Source of the DNA: Eledone cirrhosa
Taxonomy: Eukaryota
Direction: 5' to 3'
DNA length: 64,000 bases
Assembly (NCBI GenBank): GCA_964016885.1
Contig: OZ024746.1
Coordinates: 12,834,001-12,898,000 of the forward strand
Below the pieces are notes generated by a model, which had not been told where the DNA came from, did not search any database, and was given only the letters and a program-made list of their open reading frames with translations. Shown piece by piece: positions 39,753 through 54,384 of this stretch. Position 1 is the first letter of the stretch; each line of letters begins with the position of its first letter. The position numbers and the translations under genes are program-made.

Positions 39753-40820
39753 CTGATATAAAAAGATATAAGTAAAGATTGTGTGGGAAGAAGTAAATTA
39801 TTTCTTTTAAAATCCTTATTTGGGAAATAAACCCACAAATCTAAAATATTAAAATAAAAAGAAATAACATGATAATTAACAAGAACAATTACAACAGCTT
39901 CTGATCTTCCTCTCATCTCCCATTGTTACATAAATCCCATACAAAACTCTTTGACTAAACCTTTATTTCTCAAAATGCAACTATCTAGATGGCCTTTGGG
40001 ATGTTCGTACATGTAGCAACTGCGCTGTCCCAAATAAGTTGCTAAGATTCTAAAGTAGGAATTTTCTAATATCTGAAGAGGAAGAAAAAGTTTTAAAGGC
40101 TATACACACAGTTGTTATTTCTGATTTATATTCAGAGCATCTCCTGGATGTCGTTCCTATACATCCTCCTCTAACCACTCTATACAATGTTTGGCCCACA
40201 ACTCATGAATACGTTACAATGGTACAGTGTTGTCTTACAATAGATAACATATGCTCACCATTCTAGAATCTTTTCAAATGTCTTATGGACTGTTTTACAA
40301 CTAAAACATATGGAAGAACCCCACAGAAAAAGAAAGATTCAATAAAATGTATCTCCCGTGTAATTCTTTAGCCTCACGTATGACTTCTTTGTTAAATATC
40401 TTCTATATTGATTTAACAACAAAAATAACATCAGCGATAACAATAATTTCTGTAAGAAATGTCAAGTTTTTTTTAAATAACTTTTTATTAAAAGAAAAAG
40501 GAAAAGAAGAGAAGAAAAGCAAATAAAGAAAATAAGAGTAAAAGAAAGAGGATAAAATTAAAGAAAAGCAATGTAAGGACAAAAAAAAAATGAATAGATA
40601 TAAGAGAGAAATAGGAGAAATGTAAGAAAGATGAAATAATTACATAGATAACTGGTAAAACATATGGCAGAGGATGAAGACAGAGAGAGTATGATGGGAG
40701 AAACAAGTGAGGGTGGTAAATGGGGAGTTATGGCATGGAATAGTGCAACCTCTCTAGTGCTGGTCCCACAGTAAAATGCATCCAGTTCTCTCTCTTCAAT
40801 GATAAATGGGAAAAACTTAC

Positions 40821-40895
40821 GTGCCAGAGTTTCAAACTAAAAACAGAAGCCATTTTTCCACCGTAGGATTCAGAGAAAATGTACAGTGGAACTTT
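40821..40895 (-). CDS. SCPEP1: SCPEP1-like exon with catalytic Ser
   Basis: cattctag/GTAAGT; 75 nt, KVPLYIFSESYGGKMASVFSLKLWH (ESYGG nucleophile motif). Confidence 0.95.
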
Positions 40896-41802
40896 CTAGA
40901 ATGATCAGAAAATAAAAAGAAAAAAAGAAGAATTACAGGGAGAAAAGAATGAGATTATGTAATGTTCATGCCTGTCTGAAAAAGAAATAACAATTTAGGT
41001 TGTATAGACTTTAAATGAGAATAAATGAAAACATTTATTTCTACTGAAGAATACTAATACTACTACTATGGTCAATGTAGGTGGTATACAGATCTGGTCT
41101 ATGTAGATGTTCTATAGATATGGCCAGTATACAGTTGGTAATATGTGAAGTGCTCTGTTTTTTGTTCTGTGAAGTTTATTGTGGAGAGATTGTTGGTCCA
41201 GGCAAGTCTGGCAAAATCCATGATGGAGCTAGTATCTCATTTGTACACTAATGTTCTAAATACATTTGTGTATAGTCTTGTCTTCTATATGTACTGTTGG
41301 ATTTGGTAAGTGCTACCATAGTAAGTCTTTTGGAGTCAGGTTTCTAGGTGACTGACGCAGAGTTGGAACATTTGTCTTGAAAATGCTGGGTGGGTGTAAA
41401 TGTGATACAGTCTACATATGAAGTTATGTGTATATTTTTATTGTTGTGAGTATTTTGGTTATAAGTGGACAAAGAAGAATTAAATTGAAAGCCTTCCCGA
41501 TTTAGATAGTATTTAAACAGATGTGTGTATATGTTATTTGCTCTGTGTTAGGTTCATGAGTGAGTGCAGTGGTGTGAATCTGTTGTGATTTTAAGGTAGA
41601 AATGTGAGGGATAATGATATCAAAAATTAGTTTTTCTAAATAAAGTCTTTGAAGATGTACATAAAAAAAATTATAAGTCTACATAATGATAATTCACTTG
41701 GGATTTTTGTTGAGCTTTAGAATTATATTGATTACTCCCAGTTTTCAGATTTTGAATTTGTTAGTGTTTATGTAGAAGATTTTGGTAACATTTTAAACAT
41801 AC

Positions 41803-41955
41803 CCGGAACAAAGATTTCTTTAAAACTGTTTTCAACACAACAATCAAATCATGAGCAATGGTGTCAACATCTTCTGCAAAAGCTGAGTCTGAAGTTACAT
41901 AACTGAATCCAGAACCAACTGGATTATCAATAAACAAAAGACTGGCCTCTGATAG
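41803..41955 (-). CDS. SCPEP1: SCPEP1-like exon (IDNPVGSGFSY motif)
   Basis: ctttttag/GTATGT; 153 nt, LSEASLLFIDNPVGSGFSYVTSDSAFAEDVDTIAHDLIVVLKTVLKKSLFR. Confidence 0.95.
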
Positions 41956-42446
41956 CTAAAAAGGAATAATAAATAAAAAAGAAGAAAGACATATAAGTTG
42001 TGTGAATTTATCTAAAATACTCATCAGATAGACACAGAATTTGTGGCTAGTTAAGTTCAGTGAGCCTTTACTTGCCATTATCCACTTTGGTAGATCATTC
42101 GAGTCCAAAACAATATTACACCAACCTTAATAATAGGTAAATTAGTATTAACAAGGAGCATTTATAACTAACTCACAATATATATATATGCAGTTTGGAA
42201 AAAAAACAAATTAGTCAATAAATATTATTATTTCCATGTTTCCAACAAGTAAGGGAATCAGTTTTTTAAAATGTTTTGGTCCTATTCTGACCTCCTCTAT
42301 AATTAGATATGGTACAAACTAATCATTAATTTTCTTTGGGTGTAGTAGAGAGTAACCAGATATTTTGGAGGGATGCATTCAATGAAAGGGATATTGGACA
42401 CATATACAAGTAAACCATACCAAATGAAACAACTAAACACACTTAC

Positions 42447-42536
42447 CCATGAATATTTGCGGTGTTGAAGATTTATGTCTAAAGGACCCATCTCCATGAA
42501 ATTGCCAAATCCCACTGAAGAAGCACCAGGTCCTCC
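42447..42536 (-). CDS. SCPEP1: SCPEP1-like exon (GGPG motif)
   Basis: ttttccaag/GTAAGT; 90 nt, GGPGASSVGFGNFMEMGPLDINLQHRKYSW. Confidence 0.95.
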
Positions 42537-42564
42537 CTTGGAAAAACATAATAATAATAATAAT

Positions 42565-42742
42565 AATTGTTTCTACTTTTGGCACAAGGCCAACCATTAT
42601 CCCAGTGCATTACTGGTACTTTATTTTATCGACCCCGTGAGGATGAAAGGCAAAGTTAACCTCGGCGGGATTTGAACTCAGATCGTAAAGGGACGTAACT
42701 ATGCTGGAAAGCATGGCGTCCGACTCTCTACCGATACTGCCA
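42565..42742 (-). mobile_element. tRNA-derived SINE, family B
   Basis: Minus strand TGGCAGTATCGG (A box), GAGTTCAAATCC (B box), GCCTTTCATCC..GGGGTCGATAAAAT body, (TTA)n tail; further copies at 63505-63681 and 46535-46632. Confidence 0.85.
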
Positions 42743-42959
42743 AATGATAATAATAATAATTTCTTTATCAGCCACACAGTGCTAACCTGAAGAAAACATT
42801 GAAGATGATACAAAACAATACAATGTGGGATTTTTCTGTGTAAAATGTATAATAACAGAAAACAAACAAAAAGTAAAAATTCAAATAAAAGAAAATTTTC
42901 TCAATAGTGGGGAGACATCTGAGTACCACATATTGAGAAAGACCCCAAAAAGCCACAAA

Positions 42960-43400
42960 CACTCTGGAGCTCCCTGAACCTTTTCCATCCCGTTCTCACT
43001 CTGGCTACTGTACTTTCAAAACACCCACCCCCACTGCTAATTTGGTCACCCCTGTAGCAGAACCTGTCTACTGCTTCTACCAAACCATCCCAAAATTTGG
43101 TAGCACTTGTTTCCTGTGGCCATTTGCTGCTTACTGCTCAGTGCAATGGCTACATGTAAAACCGACATTCTTAGTTGGACTACTAGAAATCCCACTACAT
43201 CTCTTGTGTACCAATAGTTTACATTTGGGACAGAGGATGGAATTTCTACCTATACCTTTCCTGCACACTGAGCAAGGCCATTTCCCTGAGGAGATCAGGG
43301 CCCTGTTTTCCCTTCTACTTACTAGGACCTTAGTCTTTGTCAGGTTAACTTTAAAACCGTTTGATTCTAGGCCATGCTTCCAGATTTGGTATTTCTTCAA
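42960..43400 (-). mobile_element. RTE-clade LINE fragment (RT C-terminal part with Cys/His finger)
   Basis: WKHGLESNGFKVNLTKTKVL...CSVCRKG..NSILC..C...VHKRC...VDRFCYRGD...ARVRTGWKRFREL. Confidence 0.85.
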
Positions 43401-43456
43401 TATATATATATATTGTTCCTTGTACGAAGATAAATAATAATATATACATATATATA

Positions 43457-43706
43457 TTAGGCATAAGGGGAATCAAATGCTGTGTGCAGGAAAGGAGATT
43501 GTGTCAGTATGGACATGTGATGTGTACGCAGGATGACAGCTGTATAAAAAGGTGCAGAGCACTCAAAGTTGACAGTAGCCATGGAGTGGGTAGGCCTAGG
43601 AAGACTTGGGATGAAGTAATAAAAGATGACTTTGCACAAGTATAGCTCACTATGGCGATGACATAGGACCATGATCTCTGATGCTATGAAGTATTACAGA
43701 AGATCT
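43457..43706 (+). mobile_element. RTE-clade LINE 3' fragment
   Basis: RRLCQYGHV...GRPRKTWDEVIKDD C-terminal RTE motif. Confidence 0.8.
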
Positions 43707-43941
43707 AGTGGTGGTGGTGGTGGTGATGATGATGATGGTGTTGGTGGTGGTGGTGGTGGTGATGATGATGGTGGTGTTGGTGGTGGTGGTGGTGGTGGTG
43801 GTGAAGGTGGCGGTGGTGGTGGTGGTGGTGGTGATGATGATGGTGTTGGTGGTGGTGGTGATGATGGTGGTGGTGGTGGTGGTGGTGATGGTGATGATGA
43901 TGGTGGTGGTGGTGATGATGGTGTTGGTGGTGGTGGTGGTG
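43707..43941. repeat. (GGT/GAT)n compound microsatellite
   Basis: Direct inspection. Confidence 0.97.
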
Positions 43942-44010
43942 AAGCTGCAGTTGTTCAACAAGAAGAATAACAACAAGAATAAGGATGTCCCAGGAATTAG
44001 GAAGACTTAC

Positions 44011-44138
44011 CTGCAACCATAAAACAAGTGGCTTATTCTGAGGGTTGGGGTGTTCATACATCCAGTAGAACATATATGCCTGAGGTCGGACATTTACATA
44101 ACCCCACCATTCTGTTATGTTCTTTACCTTATCAAAAA
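44011..44138 (-). CDS. SCPEP1: Serine carboxypeptidase (S10, SCPEP1-like), first identified coding exon (probably exon 2)
   Basis: tttgacag acceptor and GTAAGT donor; encodes (V)FDKVKNITEWWGYVNVRPQAYMFYWMYEHPNPQNKPLVLWLQ, the S10 N-terminal WGYV..MFYW..PLVLWLQ motif; phase 1 in, phase 0 out. Confidence 0.93.
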
Positions 44139-44334
44139 CTGTCAAACAAAAGTAAACAAAAAATTAACATAAATTATATTAACATAGATTAACATATTAA
44201 ATTAAAGGAGGAATCTGTAGTTTACTTGAAACATTGTATATGTAAAGAATTCGAAGTTTGAAAGCCACAACAATGTGAAATGGATAAATAAACAAGTCGG
44301 ATGGAACAAGATGTGTTTTTCCCTTAATTTATCC

Positions 44335-44540
44335 TTTAAAACCTCCATGAGATTCGCCAACGCTACACCTAATATTCCCCCTCCATTCACACGCACACAT
44401 GTATATCATGATTCATACACTATTCACTTCCCTGACTTTCTATGTACTATACATGCACCTTTGATGAGTTATAGTGCACCTGAGCATTGTACACAATAAT
44501 TTCATTATTATTATTATTATTATTATATTATTATTATTAT
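44335..44540 (+). mobile_element. CR1-type LINE 3' tail fragment
   Basis: Matches the reverse complement of 35476-35675, ends in (ATT)n. Confidence 0.8.
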
Positions 44541-46348
44541 TTATATGTCCTGATATTTTGAGAACTGCGCGCGGCATCAGACACTAGATTAGTCCCTTTC
44601 CTCAGAAGAAGAGATTTTAATCTCAAAATATCGGGTAATGAATTAAGGTAAAAACATTTGTTGTTTCATTCCACTTGTTTGTTTATTCATTTATTCCACA
44701 TTGTCGTAGCTTTCAAACTTCGAATTCTATATTAAATTAACATTCAATATTACTTAAATTTATGTTTTAAATTAACATATCAAATTAAACAAATTAGCTT
44801 TATAAATAAAATGTTAAAATTATATACGTGAAATAACAGTAAATAATAATTTACATAAAATTAACATTTAAAATCCTAATGAATTAATATATATTATATG
44901 AATCATCATCATCATCATCATCACCGTTTAACATCCATTTTTCTACACAAGCATGGGTTAGACAAGTTGTCCTGTTGTGAGATAGGCTAGGTCAGGTGAC
45001 CATGTCTTGCTCATACAGAACTGATTTTGGCTTGGTTTCTGCAGCTGGACGCCCTTCCTAATGCCAACCACATTTACAGTGAGTACTGTATCTTTATATT
45101 GTGACACCTACACAACCACTTTACATTGTGGACTGGATACTTTTAATCATGATATATGTATATATAAATACACACAGAGAGTGATAGATAGGTAAAATCC
45201 GTACTGCGGCACCAAGCGGTTTCGACTTGTGTGTTCAGCAAGCCTTTTCAAAAGTGTAGTAATATTTGAAGGGTGTGTAAAAATAGGTCACTAGTCTTGG
45301 TAGTGCTTTGGTCGAATTTATCATAGTTGTAAACTGGGCTGATAGAGAAGTGGGGCAGAGAATGGTAAGTGTATTTGGACAGGCTAGGGGTCATGAGAAG
45401 GAAGTAATGTGATTGGGAGTAGGTGTGGACGAGGAGGGGTATAATTGTTGTAGGGGTGGAGGGGTGAGGGTTAAGTCTATGTACAGACAAGGCTCAGGGG
45501 TTAGTATTTTTTAAGAAAAGAATAAAATAAAACGTGAGTTATATAGAAGTAAATGAGCAAATGGTGAAATAAATTAGTAAGCAGATGAGTGAATAGGATA
45601 ACATAAGATGTAGTAAAATTTAAGGGTTTAAAAATAGATAATAAAGTGGATAATAAGGGTGGGTAACCTGTGATAAATTGTATCTATTGTATATATATAT
45701 ATTATTAAGATGATAAACTGGACATAACTGTTATCATCTTATACTCTCTCAACGAATCACACTTGATCATATTTCTCTATCCTGTTTTCTCCCCCCATAA
45801 TTATTATATTTTTATTATTGTTTGAAAAAAAATCGGTTTTTTTACATTGTGTTTTCCCCTCCAAATATTCGCTTATATTTCCTTATATATTCTCTGTATA
45901 TTTTTTATTTTTATTATTATTTCCACTTTTATCCCCCTTTATATTTTACCTTATTCTTACCTTTATACCTTATTATAGTGTAATCTTCCCCATGCCTTAT
46001 TATACACTATTAATTATAGATTATTATTACTACTCTTTTTCAATTTCTAATTACCTCATGTACCTTCTCCTCCGCTATATGTATATATGTATTCTACGCC
46101 CTTTGTGTTTGTGTAGCCTCTGCGCACCCTCTGCACCATACTATCGACGCCACCCCATCTATGGTTCAGCTAACCACCCGACCCCCGGGAATGAATATGA
46201 CCGCAGCTAGTAAACAAGGACCAACACCCCACCCTCCCGCACCAAAATTAGACTTATCGTCCCCTACTTTTGCTCTTTACTCTCTTTACTCTTTGTTCTT
46301 GGGTGTTTGGTTGGTAGAGTCCATAACACCAATCAAACCCCTTTTATA

Positions 46349-46395
46349 GCTCTGATGAATCCTATGGTTACACGTAAGGAAGAAACATTGTTAGC
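46349..46395 (+). ncRNA. Minimal type I hammerhead ribozyme motif
   Basis: GCT-CTGATGA-a-TCCT..AGGA-a-GAAA-C-ATT-G-TT-AGC followed by AATAAA; the form typical of Penelope-like terminal repeats. Confidence 0.7.
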
Positions 46396-46748
46396 CAATA
46401 AAAATCTTTTGATGTTGTAGACGCTCTTGTGTTCTTTTTCATATATATATATATATTATGTGTATCGATTATATGTATGTATTATATATATCTATTATAT
46501 GTATTATATATATCTATTATATTAATATATATCTTTGATTAACTTTGCCTTTCATCCTTACGGGGTCGATAAAATAAAGTACTAGTAATACACTGGGTAA
46601 TTGCTGGCCTTGTGCCAAAAGTAGAAACAATTATATTAATATATATCTATTATATGTATGTATTATATATATGTATTATATATATCTATTATATATATGT
46701 ATTATATATATCTATTATATGTATGTATTATATATATCTATTATATGT

Positions 46749-46792
<44 letters not shown>

Positions 46793-46793
<1 letters not shown>

Positions 46794-46980
46794 GTTTAAC
46801 GTCCATCTTCCACGCTAGCATGGGTTTGGACAGGAATTTTCCCACTTGAGGCAAGATTGGTTGTCTTGCTCGTATAGGACTGTCTGGCGGGTTTTCTATG
46901 GCTGGATGCCCTTCCTAACACCAACCACGTTTACAGTGTCGACTGGGAGGTTTTTACCATGTTACCTACACGGCCACATC
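46793..46980. mobile_element. SINE-tail-type repeat, inverted partner at 47745-47955
   Basis: About 190 bp of high reverse-complement identity; similar copy at 44925-45140. Confidence 0.75.
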
Positions 46981-47181
46981 TTTTATGCACCCATACTTTG
47001 CATTTGGGACATCTATGTATGTATTATATATATCTATTATATGTATGTATTATATGTATGTATTATATGTATGTATTATATGTATGTATTATATGTATGT
47101 ATTATATGTATTATATAATCTTCACCAGGATATATATTGGTAAACTCTAATATAACCTTACATATATATATATATATATAT

Positions 47182-47277
47182 ATAATTACAACAGTGACAT
47201 AAACAAGTATTTAAGTTTCTTTGGGGTCCAGAATCCAACGAAACTTAAATACCTGTTTATGTCACTGTTGTAATTAT
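47182..47277. mobile_element. Short palindromic MITE-like element
   Basis: About 43-bp arms ataattacaacagtgacataaac...; 10-nt spacer; adjacent to (TA)n. Confidence 0.7.
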
Positions 47278-47344
47278 TTATACTAAACCCATCCTATGGA
47301 CTGAGTGCTCTTACTCTTGGATATTTCTACCACACTTTTACTAA

Positions 47345-47378
47345 AGTATATATATGTGTGTGTGTGTGTCTCTCTCTC

Positions 47379-47409
<31 letters not shown>

Positions 47410-47454
47410 CTCTCTCTCTCTATATATATATATATAAATGTGTGTGTGTGTATA

Positions 47455-47513
<59 letters not shown>

Positions 47514-47516
47514 ATG

Positions 47517-47561
<45 letters not shown>

Positions 47562-47624
47562 ATGTCTCTCTCTCTCTATATATATATATATAAATATATA
47601 TGTGTGTGTGTGTGTGTGTGTATG

Positions 47625-47672
<48 letters not shown>

Positions 47673-47730
47673 AATATATAAATATATATATGTGTGTGTG
47701 TCTCTCTCTCTATATATATATATATATACA
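47345..47730. repeat. Compound (TA)n(TG)n(TC)n microsatellite with higher-order periodicity
   Basis: Direct inspection. Confidence 0.95.
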
Positions 47731-47957
47731 TAAAAAAACACACGCAGTCCACGCTGTAATGTGGTCGTGTAGGTAACACGGTAAAAGCCTCCCAGTCCAC
47801 ACTGTAAATGTGGTTGGTGTTAGGAAGGGCATCCAGCCGTAGAAAACCTGCCAGACAGTCCTATATGAGCGAGACACGGTCACCTGACCAATCTTGCCTC
47901 AAATGGGACAATTCCCGTCTAACCCATGCTAGCGCGGAAGATAGACGTTAAACAATG

Positions 47958-47992
<35 letters not shown>

Positions 47993-47994
<2 letters not shown>

Positions 47995-48288
47995 AGGCAC
48001 ATGGCTTATCTCAGACCGAGTGATCTGTTGTTTCCTTGAGCAAGACACTTTATTTCACATTGCTCCAGTTTACTCAGCTGTAGAAATGAGATGATAAGAC
48101 TAGGGTCCCTATCATTCCACTGCAAAGTGGTCGTGGAGGTGCCACGACAAAAAAGCACCCAGCACTCACTGTAAATGAGGTTGGTGTTAGGAAGGGCATC
48201 CAGCTATAGAAATCAAGCCAGAATCAGTTCCCGTCCCACCCTTGCAAGCAGGGAAAAACGGACGTAAAATGAAATGATGATGATGAAA

Positions 48289-48290
<2 letters not shown>
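47993..48290 (+). mobile_element. tRNA-derived SINE, family A (internal head deletion)
   Basis: GGAGGCACATGGCTTA joined directly to TCTCAGACC; remainder matches the 9490-9823 copy. Confidence 0.85.
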
Positions 48291-48340
<50 letters not shown>

Positions 48341-48924
48341 TATAGAGTAAAGCATGTCCAGAGAATTATTTGATAATATATATACATCATCTCTACTCCC
48401 AATCAGCATAATTAACCACACAAAAAATCAATTAGACCAGGCTATAAGAATTAAAGGCATCTATGAAGAGACAGTAAATAAATACGCCATGTATATATAT
48501 ATACACACATATATATATATATAAACACACATATATATATGTGTCTATTTTTAGTCTACGACTTTAGTCATACCATAAACGTGGTTTTGTATTTGCGTGT
48601 AATTGTTCTCATCGCTCCACATAATGACGTATTATCTTCGTTTTGTTCCGTTCATTGCCAGGGAATATCTCCTCGAACCAAAGTGTCATCTTCCTGTCTT
48701 CCTTCAGTTGCAACGTTTTTCGAAATATTTACTTCTGCGTTCACAGATTGATTTTTTTAGTTTCAGAAGATCCCGTTAAGGGTGAAAGCAGCAATTCTTT
48801 GCTTAAACTTTAATCTGTTATTTTAATAAATATTTGCTCTACGGTTCTTATATATTTGATATATATTTATTCTTATCGAGCTCTCTTTGGATTTTAGTCT
48901 TCAAATTTATTATTATTATTACTA

Positions 48925-50746
<1,822 letters not shown>

Positions 50747-50762
50747 TTCATATATATATATA

Positions 50763-52073
50763 CATGGTGTGGACTATATTTGTTGGCAATTTTCAACTGC
50801 TAATTTTATGCAAATTTTTTTTACTTCCGTTGTCACTCTTGTCTTCATGAAAACAGTGACTATATTTCCATTATTTATTTTCAGAATAATTGATTATGAA
50901 TAATTTTGAACCTCCAAATTTGTGGAAGAGACAAGGAATTCTTCTTGGAATCTGCGCCAGGAGGACAAATAAGGAAATTTCAGACTTTCTCAGCGTCAGC
51001 AGGAGAATGGTGGAAAAGGTCAGAAAGGAATTGGAAGATTCAGGATTCGACTGCAAAGCAACATCAGAGAGGAAAACACATGATCGACGATCTGACGCCT
51101 TCAGAACGCCCGAGTTCGGCGATGAAGTTCAGGATATCATCAACAAATGAACCTAGCAAGTCGATGTGTGCCATTGCATGGGAGAAAGGCGTGGATGAAA
51201 AGCTCATTAGGCTGGTGGTACATGAAGACATTCGCTAAGTTTCATACAAGATGAGGAAAGGACAATTTCTGTCAAAGGCAATGCAAGAAAAGCGACTGAA
51301 GCACGCAAAGAAGCTAATCAACAAGTTGAAACACCCACTGGAGCAAGACATGCTGTGGTTTTTCTCCGACGAGAAAAACTTCTGCCAAGACCAGAAGATC
51401 AACTCCCAGAACAACAGGTGGCTCGCTGTCTCATCCAAAGACGTGTCCAGAGTCATGCAGACAAAGTTTCCAGCGACAACATTGGTCTTAGGTGTCGTCA
51501 GCAGTCAAGGTGACGTGATGCCACCTCACTTCTTCCCTGAGGGCCTCAAGCTGAACACCGATGGCTACATCCGCGTTCTGAGCAAGGTAGTAAAGCCCTG
51601 GATCGACCAGGTAGCTGCAGGTAGGCCATACGTGTGGCAGCAAGACTCAGCGCCCTGCCATACCAGCCGAAAGACTGCCATACCAGCCTGGCTGTCAGAG
51701 AACTTCGTCGACCACACTTCACCTGACATCTGGCCTCCCAGCTCGCCTGACTGTAACCCCCTCAACTTCTTTGTGTGGGGCACAGTGGAACGAGACACCA
51801 ACAGATCTAGCTGCAATACGAAAGACGATCTGAAGGCCAGGATCACAAGTGCCTTTAGGAGCCTAAGACAGGGGACAGTGACGAAGGCCTGTAGCCGGTT
51901 GCGAGGCCGTCTTGGGGCCGTCATCAAAGCCAATGGTGGGTTTATCGAGTGTGATCGAAAGAACAAGTCATGAAGACAAACTGACCCAAGTTTGATAAAT
52001 ATATCTTAAAACATAAAACTACTGTGTTATTTTTTCCTAGACAGTAATCTTGCGAACAAATATCGTCCGCACC

Positions 52074-52076
<3 letters not shown>
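50763..52076 (+). mobile_element. Tc1/mariner superfamily transposon, maT/DD37D-like, inactivated
   Basis: TIRs CATGGTGTGGACTATATTTGTT / AACAAATATCGTCCGCACCCTG flanked by TA; FFSDEKNF, WQQDSAPCH, WPPSSPDCNPLNF (third Asp replaced by Asn); frameshifts in the N-terminal part. Confidence 0.92.
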
Positions 52077-52114
<38 letters not shown>

Positions 52115-52364
52115 AAAAAGAGAAATGCACAGATACATGCTAATACATACATATACATGCATATACACACATATATCCCTGAAAGCGCACCATAATCTGC
52201 CTTGGTGGCCCTTGAAATATGTATAAAAAAATAAATATGATTTTATAAATATAGTTTCCATTTGTTAATATATTGTATATTTACTCCAATAATTTGTTGA
52301 GTGCTTTATATCAGTTATAAAAATATTTTAGCTTGTTGTGTCCCAACAAATTAAATATAACCTC

Positions 52365-52416
<52 letters not shown>

Positions 52417-52614
52417 AGAAAAACCACAGACCCTCCATCTCAACTCTACTTTTGAAAAGCAGAAGAACTGCGAAACCGGTAAAGGAACCAAATAAATTTT
52501 TTTTTTTTTTTTTTAAATAAGACTCCAGTTGCATTTTCGATTTCATCTTTTTTTCTTTATACTTTCACTCGTGTAGGACACCTCGGTTATTTTTCATTTT
52601 GTAAAAAAAACCTC

Positions 52615-52648
<34 letters not shown>

Positions 52649-53005
52649 TTAATCTTGATAATTTGTATAATTTTGTATAATTTTGTACATAGATCTGTTG
52701 AATATGCATACCAATTATAACACATATGTACCCTAGAAACGATCGTTAAATAATGAACCTTTTTTTGTTTAATATAAGGAATTGTTTATTCATTATTTGT
52801 TTAATATTTTATCTTGACTCTGTATACCGTTTATCTTTCACCGAAAGTGGATTTTCATTACATCTCTTCTTTCCATGATAACCGGAATACATTGAGTTCT
52901 TCATACGGATTGGACACTACCGTAAACTCTTGGTAGATTTATCTACATATATATATATATATATATTTATATATTTATATATATATATATATATATACAT
53001 ACATA

Positions 53006-53047
<42 letters not shown>

Positions 53048-53051
53048 CATA

Positions 53052-53097
<46 letters not shown>

Positions 53098-53101
53098 CAT
53101 A

Positions 53102-53139
<38 letters not shown>

Positions 53140-53289
53140 TATACATATATACATTCATATATGTATATATAGAGAGAGAGAATTAGTATATTTACCAACA
53201 TATGCGTACAGATGTACACTAATGCTAGCAAATACATAAGTTATGTCATAGTACCTAGGTGGTTCTATGCAGGGGGATGCAGAACAATT

Positions 53290-53397
53290 ATATGAAAGAC
53301 GTAAAATAAGAACATTTTTAAAAATTAAAAATTAACTTACTTACTAAAATTTTAGTAACTTAATTTTTAATTTTTAAAAATTTTCTTATTTTACGTC

Positions 53398-53405
<8 letters not shown>
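53290..53405. repeat. AT-rich palindrome / MITE-like
   Basis: atgaaagacgtaaaataagaa... versus ...ttcttattttacgtctttcat, about 45-bp arms. Confidence 0.7.
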
Positions 53406-53456
<51 letters not shown>

Positions 53457-53463
53457 TACATTC

Positions 53464-53494
<31 letters not shown>

Positions 53495-53498
53495 TACA

Positions 53499-53540
<42 letters not shown>

Positions 53541-53544
53541 TACA

Positions 53545-53584
<40 letters not shown>

Positions 53585-53591
53585 TACATTC

Positions 53592-53622
<31 letters not shown>

Positions 53623-53629
53623 TACATTC

Positions 53630-53664
<35 letters not shown>

Positions 53665-53668
53665 TACA

Positions 53669-53724
<56 letters not shown>

Positions 53725-53730
53725 TACATT

Positions 53731-53762
<32 letters not shown>

Positions 53763-53766
53763 TACA

Positions 53767-53810
<44 letters not shown>

Positions 53811-53814
53811 TACA

Positions 53815-53856
<42 letters not shown>

Positions 53857-53860
53857 TACA

Positions 53861-53904
<44 letters not shown>

Positions 53905-53908
53905 TACA

Positions 53909-53993
<85 letters not shown>

Positions 53994-54056
53994 TCATATA
54001 TATATATATATATATATATATACATTCATATATATATATATATATATATATATACA

Positions 54057-54150
<94 letters not shown>

Positions 54151-54154
54151 TACA

Positions 54155-54194
<40 letters not shown>

Positions 54195-54198
54195 TACA

Positions 54199-54258
<60 letters not shown>

Positions 54259-54262
54259 TACA

Positions 54263-54312
<50 letters not shown>

Positions 54313-54316
54313 TACA

Positions 54317-54376
<60 letters not shown>

Positions 54377-54384
54377 TACATTCA

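Noticed and set aside
43650-44010. Poly-His, poly-Gly/Asp, poly-Thr and poly-Val ORFs
   Set aside because: Translations of the (GGT/GAT)n microsatellite; the real exon ends at the GTAAGT donor at 44010.
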